This document shows positions 37,610-48,939 of a DNA stretch of 64,000 bases, piece by piece. The notes under the pieces are model-generated. The model searched no databases and was not told where the DNA came from. It saw nothing but the letters and a program-made list of their open reading frames with translations. The stretch is from NCBI GenBank assembly GCA_037189525.1, contig JBBCJC010000005.1:224001-288000 (forward strand), written 5' to 3'. A program made the position numbers and the translations under genes. This DNA is from Gemmatimonadales bacterium (GTDB lineage Bacteria > Gemmatimonadota > Gemmatimonadetes > Gemmatimonadales > GWC2-71-9). How positions within the stretch are numbered: position 1 is the stretch's first letter; every line of letters starts with the position of its first letter.

Positions 37610-38582
37610 AATAGGTCAACCAATCAGGCGGATCAACTTGATCTGCAACGAGTTGCAGCGCCGGGACGAGGTCGGCCGGCCAGTCGCTCTGGAAATGCAG
37701 AGCCGCCTGGGTGATGGGATGCCGGAAGGCCAGGAGGGCCGCATGGAGGGCCTGGCGCGGGGTCGCGGCATCGACGCGTTCCGCCAGATTTCGGCCAGAC
37801 CCGGTAATCCGGCGCGCCCCGCCCCCGGCATAGACCGGATCGCCCACGACCGGGTGTCCAATATGTTGGAGGTGGACCCTGATCTGATGGGTCCGGCCGG
37901 TGTGTAGATCGGCCCGGACGAGGTCCGCCACGCCGAGCCGGGCCAGGACGCGGAAGTCGGTCCTGGCGGAACGCCCGTCCTGCCGCACCACCATCCGCTT
38001 CCGGTCGGTCGGGTGCCGGCCGATCGGCGCATCGACCCGCTCCGGCGAACGGTCCAGATGCCCCCAGACCAGCACGGCATAGGACCGTTTGACCTGCCGC
38101 GCGGCAATGGCCGCCCCCAGGCGCCGATGAGCCAGGTCGCTCTTGGCCACCACCATCAGGCCCGAGGTGTCGCGGTCGAGCCGGTGCACGATCCCCGGTC
38201 GCCCCTCCGCCCCGGGCGATAGTGCCGTGCCCCGCGCCACCAGTGCGTTAACGAGGGTGTCTTCCCAATGTCCCGGCGCCGGGTGAACCACCAGGCCGGC
38301 GGGTTTGTCGATGACCGCGAGATCGTCGTCTTCGTAGCAGACGGTCAGCGCAATCGGGTGGGGTGTGAGGGTGCGAGGAGGGGCCTCATCGCTCAGGTCG
38401 ACTTCGACCAGTTCGCGCGCCACGAGGAGGCGCGAGGCCCGGGCCACGGTGCCCGCCACGCGCACCTGTCCGGCGGCCACGATACGCGCGGCCTGGGTTC
38501 GCGAAAGATTCAGCTGATCGGCAAGAAAGCGGTCGATCCGCTCGGTGGCGGGCACGGCCACGGAAAACGTCAGCGTGGCCAG
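37581..38582 (-). CDS. rluD: RluA-family 23S rRNA pseudouridine synthase (RluD)
   Basis: S4 domain, DKPAGLVVHP, GIVHRLDRDTSG, TGRTHQIRVH, RQALHA; start uncertain (possible CTG at 38582). Confidence 0.92.
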   Translation of the reverse strand: MATLTFSVAVPATERIDRFLADQLNLSRTQAARIVAAGQVRVAGTVARASRLLVARELVEVDLSDEAPPRTLTPHPIALTVCYEDDDLAVIDKPAGLVVHPAPGHWEDTLVNALVARGTALSPGAEGRPGIVHRLDRDTSGLMVVAKSDLAHRRLGAAIAARQVKRSYAVLVWGHLDRSPERVDAPIGRHPTDRKRMVVRQDGRSARTDFRVLARLGVADLVRADLHTGRTHQIRVHLQHIGHPVVGDPVYAGGGARRITGSGRNLAERVDAATPRQALHAALLAFRHPITQAALHFQSDWPADLVPALQLVADQVDPPDWLTYFGFYRATEG

Positions 38583-38589
38583 GCAGACC

Positions 38590-39111
38590 TCACCCGGACC
38601 GCTGCTCGGCGGCCTTGGCTTCGCGCGCCAGCCGCGCATCCTCGAGCCAGAAGGAGATTGCGAGCGCGATCGCGCCGCAGCTCACGCCGATGTCGGCAAT
38701 GTTGAAGGTCGGCCAGCGGGTCGTGCCCACGCCGATATCGATGAAGTCCACTACCCCGGAGGCGTGACGCACCCGGTCGACGAGATTCCCGGCCGCGCCG
38801 CCGACGATGAACGCCGAGGCAAACTGCCGCAGCCATTCATTCCAGTCGGCCTGACGCGCCTTCCAGGTAATCCCGATGACGGCCGCGGCGGCAATCACGA
38901 GGAAAATCCAGCGAGAATACTCACCCAGGTGCAGGCTGAACGCCGCACCCGGGTTGTAAGCCAGACGCCAGCGGAACCACTGCCCCATCACTTCCACCGG
39001 CACGTACGGAACCAGGCTCGACTCCGCCCACTGCTTGGTGACGACGTCGAGCCCCAGCCACACGATGGCGAGCGGCCAGAAGATGCGATGCGGATTAGCG
39101 CCGCTTCGCAT
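38590..39111 (-). CDS. lspA: Lipoprotein signal peptidase II
   Basis: NPGAAFS, GGAAGNLVDR, VVDFID, WPTFNIAD. Confidence 0.96.
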   Translation of the reverse strand: MRSGANPHRIFWPLAIVWLGLDVVTKQWAESSLVPYVPVEVMGQWFRWRLAYNPGAAFSLHLGEYSRWIFLVIAAAAVIGITWKARQADWNEWLRQFASAFIVGGAAGNLVDRVRHASGVVDFIDIGVGTTRWPTFNIADIGVSCGAIALAISFWLEDARLAREAKAAEQRSG

Positions 39112-39478
39112 CCTCTTCCTTCTCTTTGCAGCTGATGCAAAGCCGCGCATGCGGAAGCGCATCGAGCCGTTCGAAGCTGATCGGCTGGCCGCAGGTGTGG
39201 CACTGGCCGAAATTGTCGGGAGCGTTGTAGAGACGGCGCAGCGCCTGGTTCACATGCCAGAGATACCGTCCCTCCTGCGATGCGAAGAGGAACTGCTTTT
39301 CCCGCTCCATGGTATCGGTCCCCTGATCGGCCATATGGAACGAGTACGACGAGAGGTCGCCATCGGAGTTCTGCAGCGTCGAATTGAAGGTGTCGTCGTA
39401 GTACCCCAACTCCTTCATCACGCGGGCACGCTCATCGAGCAACCGCTGCTCGAGATGCTTGAGCTGTTCCTTGGTCAT
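39095..39478 (-). CDS. DksA/TraR family C4 zinc-finger protein
   Basis: HMADQGTD coiled-coil tip, CHTC..I..ERL.ALP.ARLCISC. Confidence 0.92.
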   Translation of the reverse strand: MTKEQLKHLEQRLLDERARVMKELGYYDDTFNSTLQNSDGDLSSYSFHMADQGTDTMEREKQFLFASQEGRYLWHVNQALRRLYNAPDNFGQCHTCGQPISFERLDALPHARLCISCKEKEEDAKRR

Positions 39479-39495
39479 CGTGCTCCTCGGTGCGA

Positions 39496-42400
39496 CTAGG
39501 GCGCCGGCTCGGCGAGTCGCCTCACCGAGAGTAGCGCCTGGTGATCATCGATGCTCGCCTCGTCGCGCGCATCGGAAGGATCGAGGACCCGGCCGATTTC
39601 GAGTGACCGGGTCAAAGTTTCGTGCTGAATCAGTTCCGCGTGCTTCCGCACGGCGTCGAGAACGGCGGGACTGCCGTCGACGGCGAGCGTAATCCGGGTG
39701 GTGTAATCGTACCCGGCATCCTTGCGCAGCCGCTGGACCCGGTTGACGACCTCCCGAGCCAATCCTTCGGCCAGCAGGTCATCGGTCAGATGCGGATCGA
39801 GCGCGACCACGAACGGACCGGCACTCTGCACCAGCCAGTCGGTCGTCACTTCACGCTCGACCACGACATCCTCCGGCAACACCTCGACCGCCGCGCCATC
39901 CAGCAACACCTCGGCGGTTTGCCCCTCTTCCAGCCGGCGCAGTGCTTCGGCCGGCAACTGCCCGATCAACCCGGCCACCTCTGGGGTGCGCTTGCCGAAC
40001 CGCTTGCCGAGCGAGCGGAAGTTGGCTTTGGCCTTGAGACGCACCAGGTCCGCATCGGACGAGACGACGTCGATCCGCTTGACGTTGACTTCCTGGCTCA
40101 GCAACGCAAAGAGCGTCTCGAACCGGCCATTGGTTACCCCTTTGGGCAAGGCCACCCGCATGGTCGCGAGCGGCTGGCGCACCCGGCGATTCCCCGCCTC
40201 CCGCGCACTGCGGCCGAGCGATGCGAGCCGCCGCACACCGGCCATGGCGCGCTCGAGGTCGGCGTCGATGTCCGCCTGATTCGCAACCGGGAAATCGGCC
40301 AGATGCACCGAGGTGCCCGCCAGCGCACGGTGGAGCCAGTCGCTCGCGAAGGGGGCCGCCGGCGCCAAGAGGCGGGATACGACGACCAGACACTCCCGCA
40401 GCGTGGCAACCGCCGCGGGATCGGCCGTCCGGTCGGGAGCCCAGAACCGGGATCGGCTCTGACGCACATACCAGTTGGACAACTCCTCGACGAAATCCAT
40501 GACCGCTCGCACCGCGACGGTCGCATCGTAACCGTCATACGCAACGGTAACGTCACGGACGGTCGAGGCCAGCCGGCTCCGGACCCAGCGATCGAGTTCC
40601 GTCGGCGTCCCGCCTTCACCCTCCACCCCTTCGGCGTAGAGCGCCAGGAAGTTGTAGGTGTTGCGCAGCGTGTTGAGGAACCCGCCCACCGTGTCGGGGA
40701 TCTGGGCCCGATCGAACGGCTTGGGCAACCAGACCTGGCTGGAGGCCAGCAGATAGAGACGGACCTGATCGGCCCCGAACTCGCGCACCGCCTCCCAGGG
40801 GTCGACCGTGTTGCCCCGGCTCTTGGACATCTTCTGGCCCTTGGCATCGAGGACCAGCTCGTTGACCACGACGTTCCGGTACGGCGCGCGATCGAACACC
40901 GTGGTGGCAATCGCCAGCAGCGAATAGAACCAGCCGCGGGTCTGATCGATCCCTTCGCAGATGAAGTCGGCCGGGAAATGGCTGTCGAACTTGTCCCGGT
41001 TCTCGAAGGGATAGTGCCACTGCGCGTACGGCATCGACCCGGAATCGAACCAGGCGTCGATCACTTCGGGCACCCGCCGCATCGTGCCGCCGCCCGGCGC
41101 CGGCCAGGTGTAGGCGTCGATGAACGGCTTGTGCGGATCGAAGTCCTCGGGCAGCGCGCGGCCGACCTTTTCCGCCAGCTCCGCATAACTGCCGATCACC
41201 TCGACGACGCTCGGATCGGCGTCGGAGACCCAAACCGGTAACGGCGTGCCCCAGTAGCGATCGCGCGAGAGCGCCCAGTCGAGATTGTTGGCGAGCCACT
41301 CGCCGAACCGGCCGGTCCCCACCTCGGGCGGATGCCAACTGACCGTCTTATTGAGTTCGACCAGCCGATCTTTGACTGCCTGAGTGCGGACGAACCACGA
41401 GTCGCGCGCGTAGTAGATCAGCTTGCTCTTGCAGCGCCAGCAATGCGGATAGCTGTGGACGTACTGCTCGGTCTTGAGATGCAGCCCATCCGTCTTGAGC
41501 CGGCGAATGATCAGTTCGTTGGTGCTGTCGGCCGTGACCAGCTGGCCTTCGAGTTCGGGCCAGGTGGTGCCGGTAAAGGTGCCATCGGCCGCGACGGGCC
41601 GGAGCAAGGCCAGGCCGTCCCGCTGCCCCATGGCATAGTCGTCCGCACCAAACGCCGGCGCCAGATGCACGATACCGGAGCCGTCGTCGGCCGTCACGAA
41701 ATCGGCGCCGACGACGATGGAATGCGCCCGGTCGGCCGGCAGCGGCACCACGTCGAGCGGGCGGCGATAGCGCAATCCCACCAGCGCGCGACCTGGTACC
41801 ACGGCGCCGGCCTCGAGCTTCCCGCCACCGCCCAGGATGTCGTCCATGGCCGCTTCACGCGACGCGGCCGCAATGAAGGTGCGCCCCGGATGTCTGGGAT
41901 GGCGATACTCGCGGTACTCCAAATCGGGATGCACCGCCGCCGCGACGTTCGACGGCAAGGTCCATGGCGTCGTCGTCCAGACCACCAGTTCCCGACCGGA
42001 ACCGTCTTCCAGCGGAAAGGCGAGATAGATCGACTTGTCGGCCACCTCTTCGTAGCCGAGCGACAGCTCGTGGCTCGAGAGCGTGGTCCCGCAGCGCGGG
42101 CAGTACGGCAGCACCCGGTGGCCGCGCACCAGCAGCGACTTGTCGGCCAGCTGCTTGAGCAGCCACCAGACCGACTCGACGTAATCCTTGCTGTAGGTGA
42201 TGTAGGGCCGCTCGTAGTCGAGCCAGTAACCGATCCGATCCGAGAGCTGTTCCCACTCGCTCTGATAGGTGAAGACGCTCTCGCGGCAGAGCCGGTTGAA
42301 CGCCTCGACCCCGTAGGCCTCGATGTCCTTCTTGCCCGACAGGCCCAGCTTCTTTTCGACTTCGATTTCGACCGGCAGTCCGTGGGTATCCCAGCCCGCA

Positions 42401-42645
42401 ATCCGGGTAATCGACCGCCCCTGCATCGACCGGAACCGGCAGAACAGATCCTTGATGGTGCGCGCAAAGACGTGATGGATGCCGGGACGGCCGTTGGCCG
42501 TCGGCGGACCCTCGAAAAATACGAACGGCGGCTGCTCGGCGCGCAACGCCTGCACGGCCTGGAAGAGCCCTTCGGTCCGCCAGGTATCGAGCAGGGCCGT
42601 TTCGAGCCGGTCCGGCCCGCCTTCGGGCCAGGTAGGATACGTCAC
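39496..42645 (-). CDS. ileS: Isoleucine--tRNA ligase, type 2 (IleRS2)
   Basis: EGPPTANG, GWDTHGLPVE, WTTTPWTLP, DQTRGWFY, KMSKS; type-2 C-terminus (EGLAREVVNRVQRLRK), no C-terminal Zn finger. Confidence 0.97.
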   Translation of the reverse strand: MTYPTWPEGGPDRLETALLDTWRTEGLFQAVQALRAEQPPFVFFEGPPTANGRPGIHHVFARTIKDLFCRFRSMQGRSITRIAGWDTHGLPVEIEVEKKLGLSGKKDIEAYGVEAFNRLCRESVFTYQSEWEQLSDRIGYWLDYERPYITYSKDYVESVWWLLKQLADKSLLVRGHRVLPYCPRCGTTLSSHELSLGYEEVADKSIYLAFPLEDGSGRELVVWTTTPWTLPSNVAAAVHPDLEYREYRHPRHPGRTFIAAASREAAMDDILGGGGKLEAGAVVPGRALVGLRYRRPLDVVPLPADRAHSIVVGADFVTADDGSGIVHLAPAFGADDYAMGQRDGLALLRPVAADGTFTGTTWPELEGQLVTADSTNELIIRRLKTDGLHLKTEQYVHSYPHCWRCKSKLIYYARDSWFVRTQAVKDRLVELNKTVSWHPPEVGTGRFGEWLANNLDWALSRDRYWGTPLPVWVSDADPSVVEVIGSYAELAEKVGRALPEDFDPHKPFIDAYTWPAPGGGTMRRVPEVIDAWFDSGSMPYAQWHYPFENRDKFDSHFPADFICEGIDQTRGWFYSLLAIATTVFDRAPYRNVVVNELVLDAKGQKMSKSRGNTVDPWEAVREFGADQVRLYLLASSQVWLPKPFDRAQIPDTVGGFLNTLRNTYNFLALYAEGVEGEGGTPTELDRWVRSRLASTVRDVTVAYDGYDATVAVRAVMDFVEELSNWYVRQSRSRFWAPDRTADPAAVATLRECLVVVSRLLAPAAPFASDWLHRALAGTSVHLADFPVANQADIDADLERAMAGVRRLASLGRSAREAGNRRVRQPLATMRVALPKGVTNGRFETLFALLSQEVNVKRIDVVSSDADLVRLKAKANFRSLGKRFGKRTPEVAGLIGQLPAEALRRLEEGQTAEVLLDGAAVEVLPEDVVVEREVTTDWLVQSAGPFVVALDPHLTDDLLAEGLAREVVNRVQRLRKDAGYDYTTRITLAVDGSPAVLDAVRKHAELIQHETLTRSLEIGRVLDPSDARDEASIDDHQALLSVRRLAEPAP

Positions 42646-42661
42646 GCAAAAACCTCGTTGA

Positions 42662-43213
42662 TCAGGCAGGGCGCCGAAACGTCACTTCCGCATCGACCGA
42701 GGCCGGCGGGCGGCTGTCCGTCGACGATACGGCTTCGAGTTCCGCCAGCTCGCGCTCGAGCAAACGGCGATAACTCGTGACGTAGGCGAGAAACTGCCGG
42801 CGGACCGTTTCGTTGGCGTACTGCAGGCGCTGCTCTTCGTTCTGGGCCTGTTCGAGCACGCGCTGCGCCTCGGCGCGAGCCTCGTTCAGGATCTGGTCGG
42901 CCTGGGCGCGCGCGCGTTCGAGGATGACTTCCGACTCTTTGTCCGCATGCGACTGCATCTCCGCGCGCAGTTGCTGCGCAGCGATGAGAGCCTCGTTCAT
43001 GGCGCGCTCGCGGTCGCGGAAGACCTTGAGCTGTTCGACCATGTTCTGGAGCCGGTCGCTGGACTGGCTCCGATCGCGCCAGACCCGATCGAGTTCCTGC
43101 GCGATCCGCTCTTTGAAGTCGTCCACCTGCACCGGATCGTAGCCGCGAAGCACCCGGTGGAACTCCTGATGCCGCACATCGTGTGCGCTCAGCTGGAAAG
43201 CATCGTCGCTCAT
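42662..43213 (-). CDS. divIVA: DivIVA domain protein
   Basis: LSAHDVRHQEFHRVLRGYDPVQVDDF N-terminal motif followed by long coiled coil. Confidence 0.9.
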   Translation of the reverse strand: MSDDAFQLSAHDVRHQEFHRVLRGYDPVQVDDFKERIAQELDRVWRDRSQSSDRLQNMVEQLKVFRDRERAMNEALIAAQQLRAEMQSHADKESEVILERARAQADQILNEARAEAQRVLEQAQNEEQRLQYANETVRRQFLAYVTSYRRLLERELAELEAVSSTDSRPPASVDAEVTFRRPA

Positions 43214-43896
43214 GGTTCCCGCTCCCCGAACAAGATGGTCCCGAGCCGCACGTGGGTGGCGCCCTCTTCGACCGCCGCCACGAAATCCCCGGACATGCCC
43301 ATCGACATGATGCCGACCGGAACGCCCTGCCGTTCGAGCGACTCCCTGATCTGCCGGAGCCGCGCAAACGACGCCCGCTGCAAAGCCGGCTCATCGGTCA
43401 GCGGCGCCATGGTCATGAGCCCCGAAAACTCGAGACCCGGCATGGTGCGCAGCTGGCCCACCAGATCGGCCGCCGCTTCGGGGGCAACGCCCCCCTTCTG
43501 CGCCTCACCACTGCAATTGACCTCGACCAGCACCCGTTGCCGCTGTCCCTCCGGCACCCGCTTGGCCAGCGCGTCGGCGAGTTCCAACCGATCGACCGAG
43601 TGAATCACCCCGAACCGGCCGACCGCTTGGCGCGCCTTGTTGCGCTGCAGCGATCCGATCAGATGCCAGGTAACCGGGAGCCCAGGCAGCGCCTCCTGCT
43701 TGGCCAGCGCTTCCTGCACCCGATTCTCACCGACGTCCGTGAGCCCCGCTGCCACCGCGGCCGTGACGGCCTCGGGACCGTGACCTTTGGTCACCCCAAT
43801 CACGGTGACCGGGTGCGACCATCCGCCGATGCGCTGCGCCTCCGCGATCCGCTCCCGGACGCGCGCCAGGCGCTCCGTGAGCCCCCGATAGGTCAT
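43210..43896 (-). CDS. yggS: PLP homeostasis protein YggS/PROSC
   Basis: IGVTK, GENRVQE, WHLIGSLQRNK, GLMTMAP, SMGMSGD, VRLGTILFG. Confidence 0.96.
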   Translation of the reverse strand: MTYRGLTERLARVRERIAEAQRIGGWSHPVTVIGVTKGHGPEAVTAAVAAGLTDVGENRVQEALAKQEALPGLPVTWHLIGSLQRNKARQAVGRFGVIHSVDRLELADALAKRVPEGQRQRVLVEVNCSGEAQKGGVAPEAAADLVGQLRTMPGLEFSGLMTMAPLTDEPALQRASFARLRQIRESLERQGVPVGIMSMGMSGDFVAAVEEGATHVRLGTILFGEREP

Positions 43897-43917
43897 AACC
43901 CCTAAAGATAAAAGGAG

Positions 43918-46284
43918 TTACTGCGGTTTCGGAAGCGCTGAATCGCGTCCGCCGATCGACCGAGTTCTGGCGTCGATCAAGGCCTGCTGCAGGGCGGGAT
44001 TGGTCGAGAAGCGGGTGGCCCGCTCCAGGTACCGCACCATGGAGGGATAGTCCTCCCGAGCCTCGGCCCAGAAGGCCAGCTGGGTGAAGGGCATGCCGAG
44101 CATTTGGGCAATGCCGGCCGCCGTGGTTTCGAGCCCGCTCGAGCCGTGCTCCAGCAACCCGCCGTACCGGTAGTTCTGGTCGGCCAGGGCAATGGTTCCC
44201 GAGATGTCGAGCGGGACGTCGAAGAACCGGCGGAAATCGAGGTTCGTATCGGTGCTGTCCGGCGGGGTGGCCTTGAGCTCGATCCCGATGCCCCGCTGGA
44301 CCAGGAGGGGGTCCAACCCGAAATACTTCCCGCCCGAGGTCAGCCCCCAGACGACGGGGCGATGTCCGAAGTTCTGCTGGAGGATCCGGATCGCCACGAT
44401 GTCCTCGGTGTAGACCACCGTGTTCGAGGCGAGCGTGGTCCGATAGGGGCCGAACGCCAGCGAGATGGGCTCCCGAATCATCTGAGGCATGGCCGCCGCG
44501 ATCTCCGCATCCGTCATCGAATGGAGCGGCCGATCGGGCTTGACGGCCGGATAGTCGCGCCAGAAGGGGGCTGCGGTCGCCGGATCGAAGTCCCGCTCGG
44601 GATAGTCCCGGAGCTGGCGGACGTACCAGTCGGTACGCGCCAGGGCCAGACAGACTACCCGCACATCCCGGCGGATCCCTTCGACCTCCTGAGCCCACCA
44701 GAGCGGGAAGGTGTCGTTGTCGCCGAAGGTAAAGAGTACCCCGTACGGCGGCACCGAATTGAGCAGATTGTAAGCAAAGTCGCCCGCCAGCCGCGCATCG
44801 GGGCCGTGGGCCCTCCCGGCCTCTTTGAAGTTCCCGATCGGGGGAATCAGCGCCAGCGCAAACACCGACAGCGCCACGGGCCGAAGCTCCGCCTTGAGCC
44901 GGACGGCCCACCGCCCAGCCAGCTGCGCCAGCGCCAGCGCGGCCCAGCAGGCCCAGACCACGAAGCTCACGACGAAGAAGTAGTCGCGCTCGCGCACCTC
45001 GTGCTGATCCATGGTGGTGTACTGCTCCCACCCCAGGCTGTAACCGGGCTTGAAGTTCATGTACGCCATCAGGCCCAACCCCGTGGCACCCCAGAGCACG
45101 AAGAGGAGCCACCAGCTGCTCCGGTCGGTCCGCCGGTGCGTCAGCATGCCCCGGAGGCCCAGCGCAAAGAAGATCACCGTGGGGATGACCTGCAGCGGGA
45201 ACGACCCGATCTTGGCGCTAATGGCCTTGCCCCACTGCCAGCTGAAATACTGGAGATAGTTGAGTAGCTGCAGCCCGATGATGGTCAGATTGCGCCCCGG
45301 GTTGTCCGGCCCGTGCGGGATGGTCGGGTCGTCCAGCGGACTGCGCGGGGGATACTGCTCCCGCCGGATCACCGCCAGCAGCGCATCCAGCGTTCCGGGC
45401 GCTGCCTCGTTGATAAAAGGATCCTGCGACGAGCGGAGAAAGAGGAAGAGGTACGGCGTCACGCCGAGCAAGGCCACGAGCAGCGAGGTCGCGGCAAAGG
45501 GCAGCGCCCCCGCCGAGATAGCAAAAGCTGCGCAGCCCAGGAACACCAGCAGGCCGATCGTCGCAATCGTGGTACTGCCGAGCCCGATACCCAGGAGCAG
45601 CACCCAGAGCCCCGCGATGACGGCAGCATGCGCCCAGTCCCGGCGGCGCACGGCCGGGTCATCGGCCGGATTGGCCAGCAGTTCCGCCAGCAGGAAGGCA
45701 ATCACCGCCGGCCCCGCCAGGAGCGCCAGCAGGTGATTGGCAATCGACACGCCGAGCAGGTAGGCAATCAGCAGAAGCGCGCGCGGACCGCGTTCGGTGG
45801 CCCGGGTGGCGCGCCAGCGGAGCGAGAGCCAGGTCACCGCACCGATGATGAAGGTGGCGATGCAGTAAACCTCGGTCTCGTTCGAATTGAGCCAGTTGGT
45901 GAATACGAACGCTGACAGCACACTGGCCGTGCCCGCGCCCAGCAAGCGGACCCACCGCTCGAGCGACGCCTCGCCGGGAATCAGGCGAGCCAGCACCTCG
46001 TGCATGATAAGGAACCAGAACCCGGCGGCGCCCGCGCTGAAGACGGCGCTCATCAGGTTGGTGCGCCAGGCAAATTCGCCGAACGGAATCAGGGTGCCCC
46101 AGACGTGCCCCATCATGATGAAGAGCGGCGTACCCGGCGGATGCGGAATGCCGAGAATCTTCATGGAGGCGCTGAACTCGCCGGCATCCCAGAACGTGAC
46201 CGAGGGCGCCAGGGTCAGGATGTACCCGATCAGGACGACGAGGGAGGCGACGAGCGCGGCGCGGTACGGAGGCCGTGAAGTCAT
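43918..46284 (-). CDS. DUF2723 / TMEM260-like GT-C membrane glycosyltransferase
   Basis: TLAPSVTFWDAGEF, HPPGTPLF, ETEVY, HEVRERDYFF, GDNDTFPLW; multiple TMs. Confidence 0.85.
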   Translation of the reverse strand: MTSRPPYRAALVASLVVLIGYILTLAPSVTFWDAGEFSASMKILGIPHPPGTPLFIMMGHVWGTLIPFGEFAWRTNLMSAVFSAGAAGFWFLIMHEVLARLIPGEASLERWVRLLGAGTASVLSAFVFTNWLNSNETEVYCIATFIIGAVTWLSLRWRATRATERGPRALLLIAYLLGVSIANHLLALLAGPAVIAFLLAELLANPADDPAVRRRDWAHAAVIAGLWVLLLGIGLGSTTIATIGLLVFLGCAAFAISAGALPFAATSLLVALLGVTPYLFLFLRSSQDPFINEAAPGTLDALLAVIRREQYPPRSPLDDPTIPHGPDNPGRNLTIIGLQLLNYLQYFSWQWGKAISAKIGSFPLQVIPTVIFFALGLRGMLTHRRTDRSSWWLLFVLWGATGLGLMAYMNFKPGYSLGWEQYTTMDQHEVRERDYFFVVSFVVWACWAALALAQLAGRWAVRLKAELRPVALSVFALALIPPIGNFKEAGRAHGPDARLAGDFAYNLLNSVPPYGVLFTFGDNDTFPLWWAQEVEGIRRDVRVVCLALARTDWYVRQLRDYPERDFDPATAAPFWRDYPAVKPDRPLHSMTDAEIAAAMPQMIREPISLAFGPYRTTLASNTVVYTEDIVAIRILQQNFGHRPVVWGLTSGGKYFGLDPLLVQRGIGIELKATPPDSTDTNLDFRRFFDVPLDISGTIALADQNYRYGGLLEHGSSGLETTAAGIAQMLGMPFTQLAFWAEAREDYPSMVRYLERATRFSTNPALQQALIDARTRSIGGRDSALPKPQ

Positions 46285-46392
46285 GAGATACGATGATGAA
46301 GGCGAACGAACTCGGGCGGCGACGAGCGCCGGGCGAACAGCCCGAGGGCGGAGCGGATCAGATCGATCCTCCCCGCCCTGGCTGTGACACGA

Positions 46393-48384
<1,992 letters not shown>

Positions 48385-48939
48385 CTACATCAAGTCCGCA
48401 ATAAAAGGGAGATGCCGATAGTTCTCGGCGTGATCGAGTCCGTAGCCGACGAGAAACGCCGGCGGCGCCTCGAAGCCGACGAACGCGAGCTCGGCGAATG
48501 GATCGTGGTTCTCGACCTTGTCGAGCAGCGCGCAGATGGTGAGCGATCGCGGCGACCGCTTGCCCAGCAACGCCAGCAGACGGCGCAAGGTGTTGCCGCT
48601 GTCGACGATGTCCTCGACCAGGACGATATGCTTGCCTTCGAGCCGGGTTTCCGGATCGTAGAGGAGTTTGACGTCGCCGCTCGAGACCGTTCCGTTCCCG
48701 TAGGAACTCGCGACGACGAAATCCACCTGCAGCGGCCGCTCGATCCGGCGAACCAGGTCGCTCAGGAAGATGAAGCTGCCTTTGAGGAGACCCAGCACGA
48801 GCAACTCGCCGTCCGGATACGCCGCCGTAATCTGCGCACCAAGCTCACGGACCCGGGCCTCCAGCGTCGCCTCGTCGAAGACGATCGACTTGACGGGTTG
48901 TCCGCCGGTCCGTCGCAGTGTCTCAGCTTGAGCGGGCAT
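48385..48939 (-). CDS. hpt: Hypoxanthine phosphoribosyltransferase
   Basis: LLKGSFIF, VLVEDIVDSGNTL PRPP loop, FLVGYGLD; tilS-hpt-ftsH order. Confidence 0.95.
   Translation of the reverse strand: MPAQAETLRRTGGQPVKSIVFDEATLEARVRELGAQITAAYPDGELLVLGLLKGSFIFLSDLVRRIERPLQVDFVVASSYGNGTVSSGDVKLLYDPETRLEGKHIVLVEDIVDSGNTLRRLLALLGKRSPRSLTICALLDKVENHDPFAELAFVGFEAPPAFLVGYGLDHAENYRHLPFIADLM

Noticed and set aside
42646..42661. T-box leader upstream of ileS, as in Firmicutes
   Set aside because: Only 16 nt separate divIVA and ileS
46285..46392. GC-rich imperfect hairpin after ftsH as an ncRNA
   Set aside because: No family motif and no clear U tract; most simply a transcript-stabilising or terminating stem
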